Shown: one piece after another, positions 1-8,900 of the stretch
Numbering within the stretch: the first letter of the stretch is position 1
Layout of the letters: each line of letters begins with the position of its first letter
Origin: Pelagomonas calceolata
Taxonomy: Eukaryota
DNA: 64,000 nt
Reading direction: 5' to 3'
NCBI GenBank assembly: GCA_918797485.1
Contig: CAKKNE010000001.1
Span: 1,984,001 to 2,048,000, forward strand
Made by a program: the position numbers and the translations under genes
Notes under the pieces: generated by a model
Told to the model about the DNA's origin: nothing
The model's database searches: none
Seen by the model: the letters and a program-made list of their open reading frames with translations, nothing else

Positions 1-1734
1 AGGATCCCAACTGACGGCTCCTCTGCCGCCGGCGCCGCGCCGTTTTCCGAGCTCAAAGGCGCGGTCCAGCACGACACCTGCGACGTCACGGCCCTCGAAC
101 CTGTACGTCGCGGCCGCTGCCGGCGCCACGAATCGCGTCTCGTACGTCTCCGCTCGTCCAGCGACAAATGGGGTCGTGCCGCCGCCCAGGGCGCGCCAGG
201 CGCCCTCGGCAGCAGTTTGGTCCCCTTCAACAGCTGTAAGCACACGCTCACAGCGCCATTCACCGACGAGCGACGCCGGGTAGAGCACGTCGCCGGTCGC
301 TGCTCCGACCGAGACGTCGAACGCGAAGGCGCAGTGTGGCACCCAAGCGAGTGCCGCAATGGCTGTTGAACAGCTTTGGCGCCGCGTCACCGCATCCGGC
401 ACGGGCGCACCATCGTCCAACGGGACGCGAAACACGAGCCGCTCCACCTCCCAACCAAGAGCGACACACGCGCCGCCCGTCTCCGACCGCGCTCCGTCGG
501 GCAGCGGCCACGCGTCCGAGACCAGAGAAAACCCGGCCTTCGTCAAACCCTCGCGCGCGGCCTCCGCGGCGCGCTCGGACCGCGTCTCGACCGCCAGGAC
601 GCCGCCGGGCGCCAGAGCGCTACGAGCAGCATCCGCGACGTCGGGTGCGAGGATCCAGTCGAGGGCGCCCCTTGTATTGGGAGGAGTGGGATGCTGCACT
701 GATATGGCCTCGAGCGGGCCCGGGTACTTCGCCGCCGCGGCCAGGATGGACCGGGCGTCGGTCGCGACGTAGGCGAGGTTGTCTCCGCAACTGTCGCGCT
801 TTGCCCGCGCCGCGCACGCTTTTACGATGGACCGCGACGCGTCGACGCCGAGGACGTTTCGCGTTCTATCAGAGGCCCAGCCCCGCGCCGCAGCACCCAA
901 GCCGCAGCCGAGGTCGAGCCGGAGCGGCCTCGTGTCATCGGCGAAGAGGTCGCTCAGCAATGGCGGCGCGGGGGGCATCGCGGGCGCGGTGCCCTCCCGG
1001 AAGTCGCGCCGCCGCTGGCGCCCGCGGTTCTCGTGGCCTGCGTGCAGGGAACCGTTCGCGTCGACGGCGTGGAGCTTGATGGTCGACGCGGAGCCCGCAC
1101 GCCAGAGCCAGAGCTGCGGTCGCGCGTCGTCGCGGCCGAGCCGCTCTATATATGAAACGAGGCGCGGCGGGGCGTCTTCGGGCAGCAGGCGCCCGGCGGC
1201 CGTGGCAGCGGCGGCAGTCGTTTCTTCACACACGCAACCAGCAGCAACAAGGCGCTCGTAGGCGTTGAGGACGATTCGTGCTGGTCCGCACCCGTCATCC
1301 GCGCCGTGGTCGAGGCACGCGTCCCGCGAGTCGTCCGGATAAATATCGTCGCCCGACACGTAGAGGCCGCCCGCGCTCCAGGTCTCCTCCACAAATCGGC
1401 GCGCGAGGTTTTGAAATAGCTCCTCATCAGAAACGCCGGCGCGGTGGAAATAGAACGCCGCGTCAGCTATACGTCGGCCCACGAGCTTCGCGTCGACCGC
1501 GACGTTTTGTGCTGCTGCTGCCGCGAGCTCCGCGATTTGCGCACGCGCGTCGCCCTCGCCGTCGTCCTCGGCCGTCGCGAGGGCTAACGCCGCCGCGGCC
1601 ATCCCGAGAACACCACTGCGATCCGTAGTCTTGCGCAGTCGCTGCGTGCGGCTGGCGTCTAGCAGCTTGCCGCGCGCCGAGAGGGCCGTGGCGGCTGCGA
1701 GCATCCATGCTGCGTGCAGTGTGTGGGATGGCAT
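1..1734 (-). CDS. Partial gene running off the window: class I SAM-dependent methyltransferase (TrmB-like) fused to a C-terminal algal/cyanobacterial lumenal-type domain
   Basis: Absent from the ORF track because it has no stop in the window. My translation from ATG 1734 (MPSHTLHAAWMLAAATAL...) is open to base 1. It contains LFADDTRPLRLDLGCGLG, NVLGVDAS, ISVQHPTP and LAPGGVL, then VTRRQ...AFA and GDVLYPASLVGEW...VLDRAFEL. Confidence 0.7.
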   Translation of the reverse strand, partial: MPSHTLHAAWMLAAATALSARGKLLDASRTQRLRKTTDRSGVLGMAAAALALATAEDDGEGDARAQIAELAAAAAQNVAVDAKLVGRRIADAAFYFHRAGVSDEELFQNLARRFVEETWSAGGLYVSGDDIYPDDSRDACLDHGADDGCGPARIVLNAYERLVAAGCVCEETTAAAATAAGRLLPEDAPPRLVSYIERLGRDDARPQLWLWRAGSASTIKLHAVDANGSLHAGHENRGRQRRRDFREGTAPAMPPAPPLLSDLFADDTRPLRLDLGCGLGAAARGWASDRTRNVLGVDASRSIVKACAARAKRDSCGDNLAYVATDARSILAAAAKYPGPLEAISVQHPTPPNTRGALDWILAPDVADAARSALAPGGVLAVETRSERAAEAAREGLTKAGFSLVSDAWPLPDGARSETGGACVALGWEVERLVFRVPLDDGAPVPDAVTRRQSCSTAIAALAWVPHCAFAFDVSVGAATGDVLYPASLVGEWRCERVLTAVEGDQTAAEGAWRALGGGTTPFVAGRAETYETRFVAPAAAATYRFEGRDVAGVVLDRAFELGKRRGAGGRGAVSWDP

Positions 1735-2047
1735 CCTAGCACAGGTCACTACGGCCCGTAGCGATGCGCATTGGTCAAACCACGCGACAGCGAGTTAACC
1801 GAGGCTGCTATCTCGTATCTTATCGGCAGCTAGCGTGCTAGACACCGCTGCCAAGCGCCTTGAGCGTCTACTAGCGTAGTCACATACTAGCAAGAATCGC
1901 AGCGCAAACGGCGCTGCGGGGCTCGAGGAGCCAGGATCAACCAAAGCCGTGGGCCCGACGCTGCCGACGCGACCCCCGCACCCTAAGCACGCGGCTACGG
2001 GCTGCCCCGCCCACCGTCGAGCCATGCGCCCCACATAAACAACAGCT

Positions 2048-5000
2048 ATGCCACCCTTCGAGTCGGCAGTCGAGCCCGCCGGCGAGACGGAGAAGGAGCG
2101 CAAGAAGCGGGAAAAACGCGAGCGCAAGGAGGCCAAGAAGCGCGCGAAGGAAGAAGCCGCAATGGCGCCCGCGGACGCGCCCGGCCCGGCGCCCGCAAAA
2201 AAGAAGAAAAAAAAGAAGAAGAAAAAGATCGAAGACGACGACGAGGACGAATTAGAGAGGCTCAAGGCCGCCATGAACGACGACAGTGGCGAGCTCGAGG
2301 CGTCCGAGGAGGAGCTGCTCGAGGAATTGCAGACGGACTGTGCGGTACGCGTACAAAAGCAAGCGCGAGCGCTCAAAGCTCGGAGGCAGGTCCGGAACAT
2401 GATCAAGACGACCTTCGCGAAGGAGTACGACCAAGAACATGATAGGATGGTCTACCGGAACAAAGTGACTGGTTTGGTACAGAGGACGAAGCCACGACTC
2501 CTGCGGGACGAGGACCTGCCCGATCCTATTGTATATGTCGCGCCGGAAGGTTATGAGAGTGTACCTGCTGATAGAAAACAGTTCGCTTTAGTGTTGACTA
2601 CTACCTCATTCAACGATGAGGAGCGGTTACCTGCTCTACCAGCCGTGGTGGAGAACGACCACGACGCGATCCGAAAACATCTCGTGAACCCCTACGTGTG
2701 TAAATACGCAGAGGAGGACTGCCTGTTCCTCAAGAACGTGTCGAAGAATGTCTTTCTCACACAAATTGACGCGTTGCGAGACATTGTAAAAAAAGCGAAT
2801 CAATCAGAAAAACTAAGAACTGGGGCTGGCAGAGAATTCAAGCCCACCGGTTCATTATTAGTGTATGTGGCGACACACGTCGCCACGCACCGATCCGGCG
2901 GGCCCTACTTCTGTTTCTCCGACACGTCTGCCGTGAGCAACTCGTCGTTGCAACGGACCGGTATGAAAGTGAGCCAGTTCTGTAAATTAATCAGGGATAT
3001 CAAGTGTCGCGAGAAGACTGTGATACTAGACTGTTGCCATGTCGAACGGCCGCCGTCCAAAGAAGCCGCGAAGAGACCGGTGGTGGTCTATCCGCCGTCA
3101 ACCTTCTACTCTGATGTAGCGTACAAGGCCGAGTGTCGCGTGCTCGGTTCATGCAAATTAGGAGGCGAAGGCCGGCCGCCGGAATTTGGCGAGCAGCCGC
3201 CGAAGGCTGTGCTTGATCAGCCGGTGCTCGTGGATCGTAGCGAAGATGGCACGTACCACAAAGGTGTTGTTTCATCAGCAAATGAAGACGGGACCTACGA
3301 CGTCACCTTTGCTGATGACGACCTCCAACAGTCAATACCGAGATATTTACTACGACCGCGGAGCAAGGAGGATTTGGCGGCAGAAGCGGAAGAGTTAAGA
3401 AGGGCAGAACTCCTCGAGAAATTACAAAGGTCCATGAAGGTCACGACCCTGACCTCAAAATTCATAAAGAAAACGCAAGTCGCCGCATTGACGACGAGGC
3501 AGCGGGTAGAAGCCCCGGTGCCGGCCGCGGCGCCGGCGCCCGCCGAGGCGCCGGCGCCGGCGCCGGCGCCGTCGGACGATGAGCTCTGCATAGATCAGAG
3601 GGTTGAGGCGAGGTACCACGGTTCGGACCAGTACTACAAGGGTGTGATTACAAGTGTCCACGCCGACTATACGTACGACGTTACGTATGAAGACGGGGAA
3701 ACAGAACGGAACATTCCGAGGGATGCGATACGCGTGGTCGAAGTCCTGGACGAGGCCGAGGCGCCGCCCTCACCCATTCTGGAGGAACCTGTCAAGGAAG
3801 AGGTATCAATTGTTTCGTATGAAGAACCAAGGCTATCTCTATACGCGAGGATCTGTGATAAACTAAGATGCTGCCCGAAGATGCAGGTCAACCAGGACGA
3901 TCCTAGAAATATAATAGTCACCGATGAAGTGGAGCAGCTGTATGCAAGAAGGTGGTGCTGTTGCGAATGGGTGTCAGCTACGTTGTCTCTATTACCGTGC
4001 TGGTGCTGCTGGTCGCAAGCGAAGAAGGCGAGGAAGCGCGCCCGTAAAGAGGAGAAGCTGCGCATCAAGCGGGAGGGCTTGGCCAAGGCCGCGGCGTCGT
4101 ACGAGCGAGCCTTGTATGTCGAGGAACACTCCTTATTTGGAGGGGCCGTGGTGAAGGCTCTCACCGAAGCTGCGGAAACGGACGAGTCCAGAGTTTCTGT
4201 TGAGTCTGTCTACAACAAGGTCACGGAGATAGTAGCTGCAGACATCGAGAAGCGGCGCCAGGTCCAGGCGCTCGAGCAGCAGACGAAGGACCAGGCCGAC
4301 GACGACGAGGAGAAGCGACTACTCGAAGTCTCGCAACGAGCGTCGTTAGACGACCGACCACTCACGGCGGAGGAACCCGAAGATACGACAAACTACGAAG
4401 AGTTGAGTACCTCGACTCTCCAGTCCATAAAAGACCCGCCCAAAGACAACAAGGCCACGCAACGAAAGAAGGCCGAAGAGGCCAAGGAACGGCAGCAGCA
4501 GGCCAAGGAGATCCGGAAAGCTAGACAGCAGGCCATCAAGGAATTAGCTCAATTTAGGGTCGAGCGGAAACAAAAGCTCCCAGATGCTCTTGTAAGTCAG
4601 ACGCCCCAATGCGAATCATCCTCGAAGTGCGCGAAGCAGTACACTACTTTGGCTATGGCTCCGGCCCTACCTCCCGCGCCCGAGCCGCCCGTCGCCGTGA
4701 AGACACGAGCAAGGTCAGCTTTATTACAATGGCAGGATCCACCTTTTTCAGGAACACCCGCAGTCCAATATGACGTGCAGTCCATGGGCACGGCGAAATT
4801 CGACAGTGGGAAATGGGCGAAGTGCGGTGCGTTCACGTATATTGCTAGAAATGAATTCCAGGCGCCTCACCTCGTGCCGGGCATGGCCGTCTACTTTCGC
4901 GTGCGAGCGAGGAACAACAGCGGATGGGGCGCCTGGTCCGAGAGTTCGGAGAAGATTTTGCCCGTCGCAAATAAATTAGTTGGTTTGACCGAGGCCTTCG

Positions 5001-5674
5001 AGGAGGCGGCTCGACGGGGCGCGCCCTACGTACTCCAGAAGATGAAGGCGGCGCCTACGGTAGCCGAGGCGCAGAAATTGGGTGCGCTGCAATTGGGTGC
5101 CATCGCGACGAAAGCCCGAGGCTTCAAGAGGAAAAAAGTAGCGCAAGAGTGTGCTACTTTGATGTTGAAAGCGATGCGGACCTTCGAGGTCGAGAAGGAG
5201 GTCCAATCGCGGGGATGCTTGGTCCTGGGTTGGTGCTTCTTCCGCCATAGTGACGTGGCCAAGAAGTGTTATGAGGAAGCCCTGCAATGCGTCGAGGCGG
5301 CCGCTCAACAATTCCCCGAGGACGTCTCCGTGCAGTCCTACGCGAACTGGGCCCTCGCGCACCTCTCCGAAGCCGAGGACGACCGGCCCTCGACGGTCGG
5401 CTCGCCGGCGAAGACCTTCAGCCAGCTCGGCACGCCGGGCAAGTTCTCGTCCCTCGGCACGCCGGGCAAGTTTAGCCAGCTGAGCACGCCGGGGCGGACG
5501 ACGCCGGGCAAGTTCTCGCAGCTGTCGTCGCCGGGCCGCGAGAAATTGGCCCTGTCGCCGGCCATCGATCCCGACATCGAGGCCTACGCGCAGTGGCTCG
5601 AGGACAAGATCACGCGCGAGGCGGAGAACGTGGGCTTCTTGGAGGGCCGGGGGCACTCGCCGTACAAGTCCTAG
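2048..5674 (+). CDS. Multidomain protein: IQ + WW-like + caspase/metacaspase-like (C14) domain + 2 Tudor-like + FN3 + ARM-like
   Basis: 1208-aa ORF. IQ: AVRVQKQARALKARR. C14 motifs: FALVL, LLVYVATHV, VILDCCH, HSLFGGAVVKAL. Tudor: YKGVITSVHADYTYDVTYEDG. FN3: LQWQDP...YFRVRARNNSGWGAWS. Confidence 0.75.
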   Translation: MPPFESAVEPAGETEKERKKREKRERKEAKKRAKEEAAMAPADAPGPAPAKKKKKKKKKKIEDDDEDELERLKAAMNDDSGELEASEEELLEELQTDCAVRVQKQARALKARRQVRNMIKTTFAKEYDQEHDRMVYRNKVTGLVQRTKPRLLRDEDLPDPIVYVAPEGYESVPADRKQFALVLTTTSFNDEERLPALPAVVENDHDAIRKHLVNPYVCKYAEEDCLFLKNVSKNVFLTQIDALRDIVKKANQSEKLRTGAGREFKPTGSLLVYVATHVATHRSGGPYFCFSDTSAVSNSSLQRTGMKVSQFCKLIRDIKCREKTVILDCCHVERPPSKEAAKRPVVVYPPSTFYSDVAYKAECRVLGSCKLGGEGRPPEFGEQPPKAVLDQPVLVDRSEDGTYHKGVVSSANEDGTYDVTFADDDLQQSIPRYLLRPRSKEDLAAEAEELRRAELLEKLQRSMKVTTLTSKFIKKTQVAALTTRQRVEAPVPAAAPAPAEAPAPAPAPSDDELCIDQRVEARYHGSDQYYKGVITSVHADYTYDVTYEDGETERNIPRDAIRVVEVLDEAEAPPSPILEEPVKEEVSIVSYEEPRLSLYARICDKLRCCPKMQVNQDDPRNIIVTDEVEQLYARRWCCCEWVSATLSLLPCWCCWSQAKKARKRARKEEKLRIKREGLAKAAASYERALYVEEHSLFGGAVVKALTEAAETDESRVSVESVYNKVTEIVAADIEKRRQVQALEQQTKDQADDDEEKRLLEVSQRASLDDRPLTAEEPEDTTNYEELSTSTLQSIKDPPKDNKATQRKKAEEAKERQQQAKEIRKARQQAIKELAQFRVERKQKLPDALVSQTPQCESSSKCAKQYTTLAMAPALPPAPEPPVAVKTRARSALLQWQDPPFSGTPAVQYDVQSMGTAKFDSGKWAKCGAFTYIARNEFQAPHLVPGMAVYFRVRARNNSGWGAWSESSEKILPVANKLVGLTEAFEEAARRGAPYVLQKMKAAPTVAEAQKLGALQLGAIATKARGFKRKKVAQECATLMLKAMRTFEVEKEVQSRGCLVLGWCFFRHSDVAKKCYEEALQCVEAAAQQFPEDVSVQSYANWALAHLSEAEDDRPSTVGSPAKTFSQLGTPGKFSSLGTPGKFSQLSTPGRTTPGKFSQLSSPGREKLALSPAIDPDIEAYAQWLEDKITREAENVGFLEGRGHSPYKS

Positions 5675-5986
5675 TGTGTTGGTAGTCTCTCTCGGCCCCG
5701 GGGTGCTGTTCTATTGGTTCGGCGTCACGGTCGCGCGTTTGAAAAAAATTCAAACGGTGCATGGGAGAGCCATGTCTGTATTGGTGCTTCGGAGGAGCCT
5801 TCCATTCGAGCTGCATTTCATAGCCCGTCACGGAGAGCGCCTCGACTCGGCCCTGTCCAGCGCCGCCGAGCAGTGAAGCATGCAGCACACATCGATGCGA
5901 AGCGAAGGGCTGCCTCGCGCGCGCGCGTAGTGAAGCGTCGGGCTGCCTCGCATCGCTTGCGCGGTGGGGCAGGCGTCTGGACAATA

Positions 5987-8900
5987 ATGCAGGGCTGCTT
6001 GGAGGAGGACTTTGCTGCGCTGCGGAAGCTGCGCGACGAGAGCGAGTGCGACGAGCTCAAGCAGGCGTGGTCCAGCGAGGACCCGCGCGAGTGGAGATTC
6101 GAATATGAAGGCAAACAGCAGCCATGTGTCACAGTGGCCGACGGCCGCGTGACTGTGCTCACCGTGAAAAGCGCGGACCTCACCGCGTTGCCGAACTCGA
6201 TCAGTGATCTCGGTGCGTTGCAGGTGCTCAACCTCTGGTTTTGCTCGGGTCTCAAAGCACTGCCGGCCACGATAAGTGGCCTCGGCTCGCTAAAAGATCT
6301 TACCTTGTGGGGATGCGGGAGCGTTGTCGAGCTGCCGGATGCAGTTGGAGACCTTAGAAAACTGACGGAGCTCAATGTGCAGGAATGTGGGGAACTCGCC
6401 GCGCTACCGGACACGATTGGTGAGCTTGGCGAGCTGACGACGCTGAATCTGGTAGGATGCTCGAACCTCGAAAAGCTACCAGACGCGATCGATGGCCGTG
6501 AAGGGCTGACGGTGCAGCTTCCGATTCAACTGATGACCGACAGCCCCCTGCTCGAAGACTTTGCCGTTCTGCGAAAACTGCGCGACGAGAGCGAGTGCGA
6601 TGAACTCAAGGCGGTGTGGACCGGCGAGGACCCGCGCACGTGGATGTGCGACTTTGGAGGCGAACAGGGACAATGTATCGGAGTGGAGAATGATAGGGTA
6701 TCTGTGCTCGCGCTCTCGTGCTCGAGCCTCGTCTCGCTACCGGACGCGATCGGCGAGCTCGGCGCGCTGACGGAGCTCGGGTTGTTCGAATGCTCGAGCC
6801 TCGCCGCGCTACCGGACGCGATCGGCGAGCTAAAGGCGCTGACACAGCTCAACTTGAACGGGTGCTCGAGCCTCGAGAAGCTACCAGACGCGGTTGCCGC
6901 GCGTGAAGGACTGAATGTGACGCTGCCATTTCACTTAATGATCCTGGATCTACCAGCATCCCTGCGCGAGGACTTCGTCACTCTGCGGAAGCTGCGCGAC
7001 GACGACGTGAGTGGTGCGCTCAAGGAGTTCTTTGGGGATGGCGATGACCCGCGCGAGTGGGAAGATGGCGATGGAGATGAAATTGTCACGGTGGAGGACG
7101 GCCGCGTGACGAAGCTCGTCTTGTACAAGTGCACGAAAATCTCTGCGCTGCCGGCCGCGATCGGCAAGCTCGGCGCGCTGACAGAACTCACCTTGTGCGG
7201 GTGCTCGAACCTCGCCGAACTACCGGCCGCGATCGGCGAGCTCAAAGCGCTGACGATACTCAACTTGATCGGGTGCTCGAGCCTCGTCGCGCTGCCGGAC
7301 GCGATTGGTAAGCTCGCCGCGTTGACGATGCTCGAGCTGAGAGACTGCTCGAGCCTCACGTACCCTCCGAAAGAGATGCATGGCAACGTGCACAAAACCG
7401 TCGGCTTCTGTTGCCTCAAAATTCTGGAAGACGGCAAAGTGTCTGTGGCAGACGTGAAGAAGAGTATAGTGAATCACGTTATCACTAGAGGAGATCTCGG
7501 GCGCATCGACTCGCTTGCAAGCAAGGATTCGGCGTTTGCTGAGATGACTAAATCAGTCAGGGCCGACTTCGCCGCTCTGCGGAAGCTGCGCGACGACGAC
7601 GCGAGCGGTGCGCTCAGGAAATTTTTTGGGGATGACGAGGACCCGCGCGGGTGGAAACGCGGTAATGCTGTCACGGTCTCCGTAGACGGGGTGACGGAAC
7701 TCAGCTTGATCGGATGCTCGAGCCTCACCGCGCTGCCGGCCGCAATCGGCGAGCTCAAAGCGCTGACGAGACTCGACTTGAGAGGGTGCTCGAGCCTCGC
7801 CGAACTGCCGGCCGCGATTGTGGGGCGTGAAAGGCTGACGGTCATGCTTCCAACTCAGTTGATCCCGGGCTCTCTTGACGAAGACTTCGCCGCTCTGCGG
7901 AAGCTGCGCGACGAGAGCGAGTGCGACGTGCTCAAGGAGGCGTGGACCGACGACGACCCGAGAAACTGGAAGTGCGATTTTGAAGGCGACCAGCAGCCAT
8001 GCGTCCAAGTGGCGGGCGACCGGGTGAGGGGGCTCCAGCTGTCCTTCTCGAGCCTCGCCGTGCTGCCCGACGCGATCGGCGAGCTCGGCGCGCTGACGTA
8101 TCTCAACTTGGTCAACTGCTCGAGCCTCGCCGCGCTACCGGCCGCGATCGGCGAGCTCGGCGCGCTGACCGAGCTCAGGTTGCTCGAGTGCACGAGCCTC
8201 GCCGTACTGCCCGATGCGATCGGTGAGCTTGGTGCACTGACGGAGCTCGTCTTGTACAACTGCTCAAGCCTCACCACGCTGCCGGCCGTGATTGGCGAGC
8301 TCGGCGCGCTGACGACGCTAGTTTTGTACGGCTGCTCGAGCCTCGAAAAGCTGCCGACCGCGATCGACGGGCTTAAAGGGCTGACGTTGGAGCTTCCGGC
8401 GCAACTTGTCACAGGCCCTCTGGCCGAGGACTTCGCCGCTCTGCGAAAACTGCGCGACGACGACGACACAAGCGGTGCGATTAAGGAGAGCGTCGGGGAG
8501 GATGAGGACCCGCGTATGTGGAGAGAGGGCAGGAGCGTCACGGTGGCGGACGGTCGGGTGACGATGCTCGTCTTGTACGAGTGCACGAAACTCACCGCGC
8601 TGCCGGCCACGATCGGCGAGCTCAAAGCGCTGGCGACCCTCAAATTAGGAAAGTGCTCGAGCCTCGCCGTGCTACCGGACACGATCGGCGAGCTCGGCGC
8701 GCTGACGAAGCTCCACTTGTACAAATGCACGAGCCTCGCCGCGCTGCCGGACGCGATCGGCGAGCTCAAGGCGCTGAAGTCGCTCGAACTGTTCACATGC
8801 TCGAGCCTCGTCGCGCTACCGGAGTCGATCGGCGGCCTCGACGCGCTGACAGAGCTCGACTTGCAGGGCTGCTCGAGCCTCGTTGCGCTACCGGACGCGA

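Noticed and set aside
260..1708. Listed ORFs such as 336..1079(+) and 1463..1708(-)
   Set aside because: These are Arg/Pro-rich shadow frames. The real CDS is the unlisted minus frame from 1734 running off the window.
5714..5986. N-terminal 91 aa of the 2221-aa ORF
   Set aside because: It begins at a non-ATG codon and has low-complexity, non-coding character. The first ATG (5987) coincides with the first repeat module.
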